The notes under the pieces are model-generated. The model made no database searches. It was not told the DNA's origin and saw nothing but the letters and a program-made list of their open reading frames with translations. This document shows positions 12,778 through 24,000 of a stretch of 64,000 nt of DNA, one piece after another (position 1 is the first letter of the stretch; each line of letters starts with the position of its first letter). The stretch lies in contig CP086569.2 of NCBI GenBank assembly GCA_009914755.4, forward strand, positions 21,120,001-21,184,000. Reading direction: 5' to 3'. This DNA comes from the human T2T-CHM13v2.0 reference genome, Homo sapiens. Position numbers and translations under genes: made by a program.

Positions 12778-15700
12778 AACTTTACGGTTAGTGTTACAGC
12801 ACTGAAAGATGTTATGTCCAGAGTTTGTTCCTTCAGATGTGTCCAGAGTTTCTTCCATCTGGCAGGTTCATGTCCTTGCTCACTTCAAGAATGAAGCTGC
12901 AGAACTTAGTGGTGGGTTTTACAACACTTAAGGGTGTTATGTCCAGAGTTTGTTCCCTGAGATGTGTCCAGAGTTTCTTTCTTTTGGCAGGTTCATGGTC
13001 TTGCTCACTTTAGGATTGAAGCTGCAGACCTTTACCGTGAGTGTTACAGCACTTAACGGTATTATGTCCATAGTTTGTTCCTTCAGATGTGTCCCGAGTT
13101 TCTTCCTTCTGGCAGATTCATGGTCTTGGTAGCTTCAAGAATGAAGCTGCAGACCTTTACGGTGAGTGTTACAGCACTTAATGTTGTTATGTCCAGAGTT
13201 TGTTCCTTCAGATGTGTCCAGAGTTTCTTCCTTCTGGCAGGTTCATGGTCTTCCTCACTTCAACAATGAAGCTGCAGACCTTAGTGGTGAGCGTTACAGT
13301 AATTAAGTTGTTATGTCCAGAGTTTTTTCCTTCAGATGTGTCCAGAGCTTCTTCCTTCTGGCAGGTTCATGATCTTGCTCACTTCAAGAATGGAACTGCA
13401 GACCCTTACGGTGAGTTTTACAGCACTTAAAGTTGTTATGTCCAGAGTTTGTTCCTTCAGATGTGTCCATTTTCTTCCTTCTGGCTGGTTCATGGTCCTG
13501 CTCACTTCAAGAATGAAATTGTAGACCTTTACGGTGAGTGTTACATGACTGATACATGTCATGTCCAGAGTTTGTTCCTTCAGATATGTCCAGAGTTTCT
13601 TCCTTCTGGCAGGTTCATGGTCTTGCTCACTTCAAGAATGAAGCTGCGGACTTTAAGGGTGAGTGTTACAGCACTTAAAGGTGTTATGTCCAGAGTTTGT
13701 TCCTTCAGATGTGTCCAGAGTTTCTTTCTTCTGGCAGGTTCATGGTCTTGCTCACTTCAAGAATGACGCAGCAGACCTTTACGGTGAGTGTTACAGCATT
13801 TAAAGGTGTTATATCCAGAGTTTGTTCCTTCAGATGTGTGCAGAGTTTCTTCCTTCTGGCAGGTTCATGGTCTTGCTCACTTCAAGAATGAAGCTGCAGA
13901 TCTTTCTGGTGAGTTTTACAGCACTTAAAGGTGTTATGTCCAGAGTTTTTTCCTTCAGATGTGTCCAGAGTTTCTTCCTTCTGACAGGTCCATGGTGTTG
14001 CTAACTTCAAGAATGATGCTGCAGACCTTAGTGTTGAGTGTTACAGCACTTAAAGGTGTTATGTCCAGATTTTGTTCCATCAGATGTGTCTAGAGTTTCT
14101 TCCTTCTGGGAGGTTCATGGTCTTGCTCACTTCGAGAATGAAGCTGCATAATTTAGTGTTGAGTTTTACAGCACTTAAAGGTGTTAGGTCCAGAAGTTGT
14201 TCCTTCAGATGTGTCCAGAGGTTTTACTTCTGGCAGGTTCATGGTCTTGCTCACTTCAAGAATGAAGCTGCAGACCTTAGTGGTGAGCGTTACACCACTT
14301 AAGTTGTCATGTCCAGTGTTTCTTCCTTCAGATGTGTCCAGAGTTTCTTCCTTCTGGCAGGTTAATGGTCTTGCTCACTTCAAGAATGAAGCTCCAGTCC
14401 TTTACGGTGAGTGTTACAGCACTTAAAGGTGTTATGTCCAGAGTTTGTTTCTTCAGATGTGTGCAGAGTTTCTTCCTTCCGGCAGGTTCATAGTCTTCCT
14501 CACTTCAAGAATGACACTGCAGACCCTTACGATGAGTGTTACAGCACTTAAAGGTTTTATGTCCAGAGTTTGTTCCTTCAGATGTGTCCAGTTTGTTCCC
14601 TCTGGCAGGTTCATGGTCTTGCTTACTTCAAAATTGAAACTGTAGACCTTTACGGTTAGTGTTATAGCACTGAAAGATGTTATGTCCAGAGTTTGTTCCT
14701 TCAGATGTGTCCAGAGTTTCTTCCATCTGGCAGGTTCATGTCCTTGCTCACTTCAAGAATGAAGCTGCAGAACTTAGTGGTGAGTTTTACAGCACTTAAG
14801 GGTGTTATGTCCAGAATTTGTTCCCTCAGATGTGTCCAGAGTTTCTTTCTTTTGGCAGGTTCATGGTCTTGCTCACTTTAGGAATGAAGCTGCAGACCTT
14901 TACCGTGAGTGTTACAGCACTTAACGGTATTATGTCCATAGTTTGTTCCTTCAGATGTGTCCCGAGTTTCTTCCTTCTGGCAGATTCATTGTCTTGGTAG
15001 CTTCAAGAATGAAGCTACAGACCTTTACGGTGAGTGTTACAGCACTTAATGTTGTTATGTCCAGAGTTTGTTCCTTCAGATGTGTCCAGAGTTTCTTCCT
15101 TCTGGCAGGTTCATGGTCTTCCTCACTTCAACAATGAAGCTGCAGACCTTAGTGGTGAGCGTTACAGTAATTAAGTTGTTATGTCCAGGGTTTTTTCCTT
15201 CAGATGTGTCCAGAGTTTCTTCCTTCTGGCAGGTTCATGGTCTTGCTCACTTCAAGAATGGAACTGCAGACCATACTGGTGAGTGTTACAGCACTTAAAG
15301 GTGTTATGTCCAGAGTTTTTTCCTTCAGATATCTCCAGAGTTTCTTCCTTCTGGCAGGTTCGTGGTCTTGTTCATTTCAAGAATGGTGCTGCAGACCTTA
15401 GTGGTGAGTGTTACAGCAGTAAAAGGTGTTATGTCCAGAGTTTGTACCTGCAGAAATATCCAGAATTTCTTCCTTCTGGCAGGTTTATGGTCTTGCTCAC
15501 TTTAAGAATGAAGCTGCAGACCTTACTAGTGAGTGTTACAGCAGTTAAAGTTGTTATGTCCAGAGTTTGTTCCTTCAGATGTGTCCAGAGTTTCTTCCTT
15601 CTGGCAGGTTCATGGTCTTGCTCACTTCAAGAATGAAGCTGCAGACCTTAGTGGTGAGTGTTACAGCTCTTAAAGCTGTTATGTACAGAGTTTTTCCTTC

Positions 15701-17062
15701 AGATGTCTCCAGAGTTTCTTCCTTCTGGCAGGTTCGTGGTCTTGCTCACTTCAAGAATGAAGCTGCAGACCTTACCGGTGAGGGTTACAGCACTTAAAGG
15801 TGTTATGTCCAGAGTTTGTTCCTTCAGATGTGTCCAGAGTTTCTTCCTTCTGGCAGGTTCGTGGTCTTCCTCACTTCCTTAATGAAGCTGCAGACCATAC
15901 TGGTGAGTGTTACAACACTTAAAGCTATTATGTCCAGAGATTGTTGCTTTAGATATGTCCAGAGTTTCTTCCTTCTGACACTTTCATGGTCTTGCTCACT
16001 TCAAGAATGAAGCTGCAGACCTTACTGGTGAGTGTTACAGCACTTAAAGTTGTTATTTCCAGAGTTTCTTCCTTCAGATATGTCCAGAGTTTCTTCCTTC
16101 TGGCAGGTTCATGGTCTTGCTCACTTCAAGAATGAACCTGCAGACCTTTGCGGTGAGTGTTACAACACCTAAAGGTGTTATATCCAGAGATTGTTCCTTC
16201 AGATGTGTCCAGAGTTTCTTCCTTCTGTCAGGTTCACGGTCTTGCTCACTTCAAGAATGAAGCTGCAGACCTTACTGGTTAGTGTTACAGCACTTAAAGG
16301 TGTTATTTCCAGAGTTCGTTCCTTCAGATGTGTCCAGTTTCTTCCTTCTGGCAGGTTCATGGTTTGCTCACTTCAAGAATGAAACTGTAGAACTTTACGG
16401 TGAGTGTTACAGCAATGAAAGAGGCTATGTCCAGAGTTTTTTCCTTCAGATGTGTCCAGAGTTTCTTCCTTCTGGCAGGTACATGGTCTTGCTCACTTCA
16501 AGAATGAAGCTGCAGACCTTTACGGTGAGTGTTACAGCATTTAAAGGTTTTATGTCCAGAGTTTGTTCCATCAGATGAGTCTAGAGTTCCTTACTTCTGG
16601 GAGGTTCATGGACTTGCTCATTTCAAGAATGAAGCTGCAGACCTTTACGGTGAGTGTTATAGCACTTAAAGGTGTTATGTCCAGAGGTGGTTCCTTCAGA
16701 TGTTTCCAGAGTTTCTTCCTTCTGGCAGGTTCATGATCTTGCTCACTTCAAGAATGAAGCTGCAGAACTTTGTGGTGAGTTTTACAGCACTTAAAGGTGT
16801 TATGTCCAGAGTTTTTTCCTTCAGATGTGTCCAGAGTTTCTTCCTTCTGACAGGTCCATGGTGTTGCTAACTTCAAGAATGATGCTGCAGACTTTAGTGT
16901 TGAGTATTACAGCACTTAAAGGTGTTATGTCCAGATTTTGTTCCATCAGATGTGTCTAGAGTTTCTTCCTTCTGGAAGGTTCATGGTCTTGCTCACTTCG
17001 AGAATGAAGCTGCATACTTTAGTGGTGAGTTTCACAGCACTTAAAGGTGTTAGGTACAGAAG

Positions 17063-18022
17063 TTGTTCCTTCAGATGTGTCCAGAGTTTCTTCCTTCTGG
17101 CAGGTTCGTGGTCTTTCTCACTTCCTTAATGAAGCTGCAGACCATACTGGTGAGTGTTACAACACTTAAAGCTGTTATGTCCAGAGATTTTTGCTTTAGA
17201 TATGTCCAGAGTTTCTTCCTTCTGACAGTTTCATGGTCTTGCTCACTTCAAGAATGAAGCTGCAGACCTTACTGGTGAGTGTTACAGCACTTAAAGGTGT
17301 TATTTCCAGAGTTTGTTACTTCAGATATGTCCAGAGTTTCTTCCTTCTGGCAGGTTCATGGTCTTGCTCACTTCAAGAACGAAGCTGCAGACCTTTGCGG
17401 TGAGTGATACAACACCGAAAGGTGTTATATCCAGAGTTTGTTCCTTCAGATGTGTCCAGAGTTTCTTCCTTCTGTCAGGTTCACGGTCTTGCTCACTTCA
17501 AGAGTGAAGCTGCAGACCTTACTGGTTAGTGTTACAGCACTTAAAGGTGTTATTTCCAGAGTTTGTTCCTTCAGATGTGTCCAGAGTTTCTTCCTTCTGG
17601 CAGGTTCATGTTCTTGCTCCCTTCACGAATGAAGCTGCAGACCTTACTGTTGAGTGTTAAAGCACTGAACGGTGATATGTCCAGAATTTGTTCCTTCAGA
17701 TGTGTCCAGAGTTTCTTCCTTCTTGCAGATTCATGGTGTTGCTCACTTCAAGAATGAAGCTGCAGACCTTAGTGATGAGTGTTACAGCACTTTAAGGTGT
17801 TATGTCCAGAGTTTTTTCCTTCAGATGTGTCCAGCGTTTCTTCCTTCTGGCAGGTTCATCGTCTTGCTCACTTCAAGAATGAAGCTGCAGACCTTACTGT
17901 TGAGTGTTAAAGCACTTAAAGCTGTTATGTCCAGAGTTTGTTCCTTCAGATGTGTACAGAGTGTCTTGCTTCTGGCAGGTTCATGGTGTTGCTCACTTCC
18001 AGAATTAAGCTGCAGACCTTAG
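17063..18022. repeat. ~1-kb block duplicated at 22446-23314 (offset ~5.38 kb)
   Basis: Matching peptides at 17063/22446, 17313/22684, 17438/22821 and 17563/22934 (…LLPSRMKLQTLLLSVKALNGDMSR…), and 17672/23045 (…LQIHGVAHFKNEAADL…). Confidence 0.65.
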
Positions 18023-21000
18023 TGTTGAGTGTTACAGCACTTAATGCTGTTATGTCCAGAGTTTGTTCCTTCAGAAGTGTCCAGAGTTTCTTCCTTCTTG
18101 CAGGTTCGTGGTCTTGCTCAATTCCTTAATGAAGCTGCAGACCTTCCTGGTGAGTGTTACAGCACTTAAAGGTGTTATGTCCAGAGTTTTTTCCTTCAGA
18201 TGTCTCCAGAGTTTCTTCCTTCTGGCAGGTTCGTGGTCTTGTTCACTTCAAGAATGATGCTGCAGACCTTAGTGGTGAGTGTTACAGCACTAAAAGGTGT
18301 TATGTCCAGAGTTTGTTCCTGCAGAAATATCCAGAGTTTCTTCCTTCTGGCAGGTTTATGGTCTTGCTCAATTTAAGAATGAAGCTGCAGACCTTACTGG
18401 TGAGTGTTACAGCACTTTAAGGTGTTATGTCCAGAGTTTTTTCCTTCAGATGTGTCCAGAGTTTCTTCCTTCTGGCAGGTTCATGGTCTTGCTCACTTCA
18501 AGAATGAAGCTGCAGACCTTTGCGGTGAGTGTTGCAACTATTAAAGGTGTTATGTCCAGAGTTTGTTCCTTCAGATATGTCAAGAGTTTCTTCCTTCTGG
18601 CAGGTTCGTGGTCTTGCTCACTTCTTTAATGAAGCTGCAGACCTTACTGGTGAGTGTTATAGCACTTAAAGGTGTTATGTCCGGAGATTGTTCCTTCAGA
18701 TGTGTCCAGAGTTTCTTCCTTCTGGCAGGTTCCAGGATTGCTCACTTCAACAATGAAGCTTCAGACCTTACTGGTGAGTATTACGGCACTTAAATGTGTT
18801 ATGTCCGGAGTTTGTTCCTTCAGATGTGTCCAGAGTTTCTTCCTTCTGACAGGTTCCTGGCTTGCTCACTTCAAGAATGAAGCTGCAAACATTTGCGGTG
18901 AGTGTTGCAGCACTTAAAGTGTTATTTCCAGAGTTTGTTCCTTCAGATGTGTCCAGAGTTTCTTCCTTCTGGCAGGTACACGGTCTTGCGCACTTCAAGA
19001 ATGAAGCTGCAGACCTTACTGGTGAGTGTTACTGCACTTTAAGTTGTTATGTCCAGACTTTTTTCCTTCAGATCTGTCCAGAGTTTCTTCCTTCTGGCAG
19101 GTTCATGGTCTTGCTCACTTCAAGAATGAAGCTGCAGACCTTTGCGGTGAGTGTTGCAGCACTTAAAGGTGTTATGTCCAGAGTTTGTTCCTTCAGATGT
19201 GTCTAGAGTTTCTTCCTTCTGGCAGGTTCACGGTCTTGCTCACTTCACGAATGAAGCTGCAGACCTTACTGGTGAGTGTTACAGCACTTTAAAGTGTTAT
19301 GTCCAGAGTTTTTTCCTTCAGATTTGTCCACAGTTTCTTCCTACTGGCAGGTTCATGGTCTTGGTCACTTCAAGAATGAAGCTGCAGACCTTACTAGTGA
19401 GTGTTACAGCACTTAAAGGTGTTATTTCCATTGTTTGCTCCTTCAGATGTGTCCAGAGTTTCTGTCTTCTGGCAGGTTCATGGTCTTGCTCACTTCAAGA
19501 ATGAAGCTGCGGACCTTAGTGGTGAGTGTTACAGCACTTAAATGTGTTATACACACAGTTTTTTCCTTCAGATGTGTCCAGGGTTTCTGTCTTCTGGCAG
19601 GTCCATGGTCTTGCTCATTTAAAGAATGAAGCTGCAGACCTTAGTGGTGTGTGTTACAGCACTTAAATGTGTTATGTCCAGAATTTGTTCCTTCAGATAT
19701 GTCCAGAGTTTCTTCCTTCTTGCAGGTTCGTGGTCTTGCTGACTTCACTAATGAAGCTGCAGGCCTTACTGGTGAGTGTTACAACACTTAAAGGTGTCAT
19801 GTCCAGAGTTTGTTCCTTCAGATGTGTCCAGAGTTTCTTCCTTCTGGCAGTTTCGTGATCTTGCTCACTTCAAGAACGAAGCTGCAGACCTTAGTGGTGA
19901 ATGTTACAGCACTTAAAGGTGTTATGTCCAGAATTTTTTCCTTCAGATGTGTCCAGCGTTTCTTCCTTCTGGCAGGATTATGGTCTTGCACACTTCAAGA
20001 ATGAAGCTGCAGACCTTACTGTTCAGTTTTAAAGCACTTAAATGTGTTATGTCCAGAGTTTGTTCCTTCAGATGTGTCTAAAGTTTCTTCCTTCTGGCAG
20101 GTTCACGGTCTTGCCCACTTCAAGAATGAAGCTGCAGACCTTACTGGTGAGTGTTACAGCACTTTAAGTTGTTATGTCCAGAGTTTTTTCCTTCAGATGT
20201 GTCCAGAGTTTCTTCCTACTGGCAGTTTAATGGTCTTGGTCACTTCAAGAATGAAGGTGCACACCTCAGTGGTGCCTGTTACAGCACTTAAAAGTGTTAT
20301 GTCCAGCGTTTGATCCTTCAGATGTGTCCAGAGTTTCTTCCTTCCGGGAGGTTCGTGGTCTTGCTCACTTCAAGAATGAAGCTGCAGACCTTAGTGGTGA
20401 GTGTTAAAGCACTTAAAGGTGTTATGTCCGGAGTTTTTTCCTTCAGATGTGTCCAGAGTTTCTTCCTTCTGGGAGGTTCATGGTCTTGCTCACTTCAATA
20501 ATGAAGCTGCAGACCTTACTGTTGAGTGTTACAGCACTTAAAGGTGTTATGTAAAGAGTTTGTTCCTTCAGATGTGTCCAGAGTTTCTTCTTTCTGGCAG
20601 GTTCATGGTCTTGCTCACTTCAAGAATGAAGCTGCAGACCTTACTGGTGTGTGTTACAGCACTAAAGGTGTTATGTCCAGAGTTTGTTCCTTCAGATGTG
20701 TGCAGAGTTTCTTCCTTCTGACAGATTCATGGTCTTGCTCACTTCAAGAATGAAGCTGCAGACCTTACTGGTGAGTGTTACAGCACTTAAAGGTGTTATG
20801 TCCAGAGTTTGTTCCTTCAGTTGTTTCCAGAGTTTCTTCCTTCTGACAAGTTCGTGGTCTTGCTCACTACCTTAATGAAGCTGCAGACCTTACTGTTGAG
20901 TGTTACAGCACTTAAAGCTGTTATGTCCAGTGTTTGTTCCTTCAGATGTGTCCAGGGTTTCTGTCTTCTGGCAGGTTCATGGTCTTGCTCATTTCAAGAA

Positions 21001-24000
21001 TGAACCTGCAGACCTTACTGGTGAGTGTTACAGCACTTAAAGGTGTTATGTCCAGAGTTTGTTCCTTCAGATGTGTCCAGGGTTTCTGTCTTCTGGCAGG
21101 TACATGGTCTTGCTCTCTTCAAGAATGAAGCTGCCGAACTTAGTGGTGAGTGTTACAGCACTTAAAGGTCTTATGTCCAGAGTGTGTTCCTTCAGATGTG
21201 TCCAGACTTTCTTCCTTCTGGCAGGTTCATCGTGTTGCTCACTTCAACAATGAAGCTGCAGACCTTAGTGTTGAGTGTTACAGCACTTAAAGCTGTTATG
21301 TCCAGAGTTTGTTCCTTCAGAAGTGTCCAGAATGTCTTCCTTCTTGCAGGTTCGTGGTCTTGCACACTTCCTTAATGAAGCTGCAGACCTTACTGGTGAG
21401 TGTTACAGCACTTAAAGGTCTTAAGTCCAGAGTATGTTCCTTCAGATGTGTCCAGTGTTCCTTCCTTCTGGCAGGTTCATGGTCTTGCTCACTTCAAGAA
21501 TGAAGCTGCAGACCTTACTGGTGAGTGTTACAGCACTTAAAGGTGTTATGTCCAGAGTTTGTTCCTTCAAAGTTTTCCAGAGTTTCTTCCTTCTGACAGG
21601 TTCGTGGTCTTGCTCACTTCTTTAATGAAGCTGCAGACCTTACTGGTGAGAGTTACAGCACTTAAAGGTGTTATGTCCAGTGTTTGTTCCTTCAGATGTG
21701 TCCAGGGTTTCTGTCTTCTGGCAGGTTCATGGTCTTGCTCACTTCAAGAATGAACCTGCAGACCTTAGTCGTGAGTGTTACAGCACTTAAAGGTGTTATG
21801 TTCAGAGTTTTTTCCTTCAGATGTGTCCGGCGTTTCTTCCTTCTGGCAGGTTCATCGTCTTGCTCACTTCAAGAATGAAGCTGCAGACCTTACCTGTGAG
21901 GGTTACAGCACTTAAAGGTGTTATGTCCAGAGTTTGTTCCTTCAGATGTGTCCAGAGTTTCTTCCTTCTGGCAGGTTCATGGTGTTGCTCACTTCAAGAA
22001 TGAAGCTGCAGACCCTAGTGTTGAGTGTTACAGCACTTAAAGGTGTTATGTCCAGAGTTTTTTCCTTCAGATGTCTCCAGAGTTTCTTCCTTCTGGAAGG
22101 TTCGTGGTCTTGTTCACTTCAAGAATGATGCTGCAGACCTTAGTGGTGAGTGTTACAGCACTAAAAGGTGTTATGTCCAGAGTTTCTTCCTGCAGAAATA
22201 TCCAGAGTTTCTTCCTTCTGGCAGGTTTATGGTCTTGCTCACTTTAAGAATGAAGCTGCAGACCTTACTGGTGAGTGTTACAGCAGTTAAAGTTGTTATG
22301 TCCAGAGTTTGTTCCTTCAGATGTGTCCAGAGTTTCTTCCTTTTGGCAGGTTCAGGGTCTTGCTCACTTCAAGAATGAAGCTGCAGACCTTAGTGGTGAG
22401 TGTTACAGCTCTTAAAGCTGTTATGTCCAGAGTTTTTTCCTTCAGATGTGTCCAGAGTTTCTTCCTTCTGGCAGGTTCGTGGTCTTCCTCACTTCCTTAA
22501 TGAAGCTGCAGACCATACTGGTGAGTGTTACAACACTTAAAGCTGTTATGTCCAGAGATTTTTGCTTTACATATGTCCAGAGTTTCTTCCTTCTGACAGT
22601 TTCATGGTCTTGCTCACTTTATGAATGAAGCTGCAGACCTTACTGGTGAGTGTTACAGCACTTAAAGGTGTTATTTCCAGAGTTTGTTCCTTCAGATATG
22701 TCCAGAGTTTCTTCCTTCTGGCAGGTTCCTGGTCTTGCTCACTTCAAGAATGAAGCTGCAGACCTTTGCGGTGAGTGTTACAACACCTAAAGGTGTTATA
22801 TCCAGAGTTTCTTCCTTCAGATGTGTCCAGAGTTTCTTCCTTCTGTCAGGTTCACGGTCTTGCTCACTTCAAGAATGAAGCTGCAGACCTTACTGTTTAG
22901 TGTAACAGCACTTAAAGGTGTTATTTCCAGAGTTTGTTCCTTCAGATGTGTCCAGAGTTTCTTCCTTCTGGCAGGTTCATGTTATTGCTCCCTTCCCGAA
23001 TGAAGCTGCAGACCTTACTGTTGAGTGTTAAAGCACTGAACGGTGATATGTCCAGAGTTTGTTCCTTCAGATCTGTCCAGAGTTTCTTCTTCTTGCAGAT
23101 TCATGGTGTTGCTCACTTGAAGAATGAAGCTGCAGACCTTTGTGATGAGTGTTACAGCACTTTAAGATGTTATGTCCAGAGTTTTTTCCTTCAGATGTGT
23201 CCAGAATTTCTTCCTTCTGGCAGGTTCATGGTCTTGCTCACTTCACTAATGAAGCTGCAGACCTTACTAGTGAGTGTTACAGCACTTAAAGGTGTTATGT
23301 ACAGAGTTTGTTAATTCAGATGTGTCCAGAGTTTCTGTCTTCCGGCAGGTTCATGGTCTTGCTCACTTCAAGAGCGAAGCTGCAGACCTTAGTGGTGAGT
23401 GTTACAGCACTTAAAGGTGTTATCTCCAGAGTTTTTTCCTACACATGTGTCCAGCGTTTCTTCCTTCTGGCAGGTTCATGGTCTTGCACACTTCAAGATT
23501 GAAGCTGCAGACCTTACTGTTGAGTTTTAAAGCACTTAAAGGTTTTATGTCCAGAGATTGTTCCTTCAGATGTGTCTAGAGTTTCTTCCTTCTGGCAGGT
23601 TCACGGTCTTGCTCACTTCAAGAATGAAGCTGCAGACCTTACTGGTGAGTGTTACAGCACATTAAGGTGTTATGTCCAGAGTTTTTTCCTTCAGATGTGT
23701 CCAGAGATTCTTCCTACTGGCAGGATCATGGTCTTGTTCACTTCAAGAATGAAGCTGCAGACCTTACTGGTGAGGGTTACAGCACTTAAAGGTGTTATGT
23801 CCAGAGTTTGTTCCTTCAGATGTGTCCAGAGTTTCTTCCTTCTCGCAGGTTCGTGGTCTTCTTCACTTCCTTAATTAAGCTGCAGACCATACTGGTGAGT
23901 GTTACAGCACTTACAGCTGTTATGTCCAGATATTTTTGCTTTAGATATGTCCAGAGTTTCTTCCTTCTGACAGTTTCATTGTCTTGCTCACTTCAAGAAT

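Larger units (their letters stand above)
1..17000. repeat. Left sub-domain of the array: canonical A-type monomers interspersed every ~6-11 monomers with a 123-bp 'T-type' variant (2-bp deletion, ctgtagac instead of ctgcag, cactgaaag) and an 'H-type' variant (ccatcagatgtgtctagagttccttacttctgggaggttcatggacttgctcatttc)
   Basis: T-type monomers read at ~125-247 (measured 123 bp), 1630, 3000, 4105, 5118, 7490, 9480, 10600, 11345, 12720, 13460, 14590, 16330. H-type read at ~3700, 6350, 7090, 8090, 9710, 10080, 14070, 16560, 16930. Both are absent after ~17 kb. Monomer register drifts from 103 to 63 (mod 125) across the domain. Confidence 0.7.
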
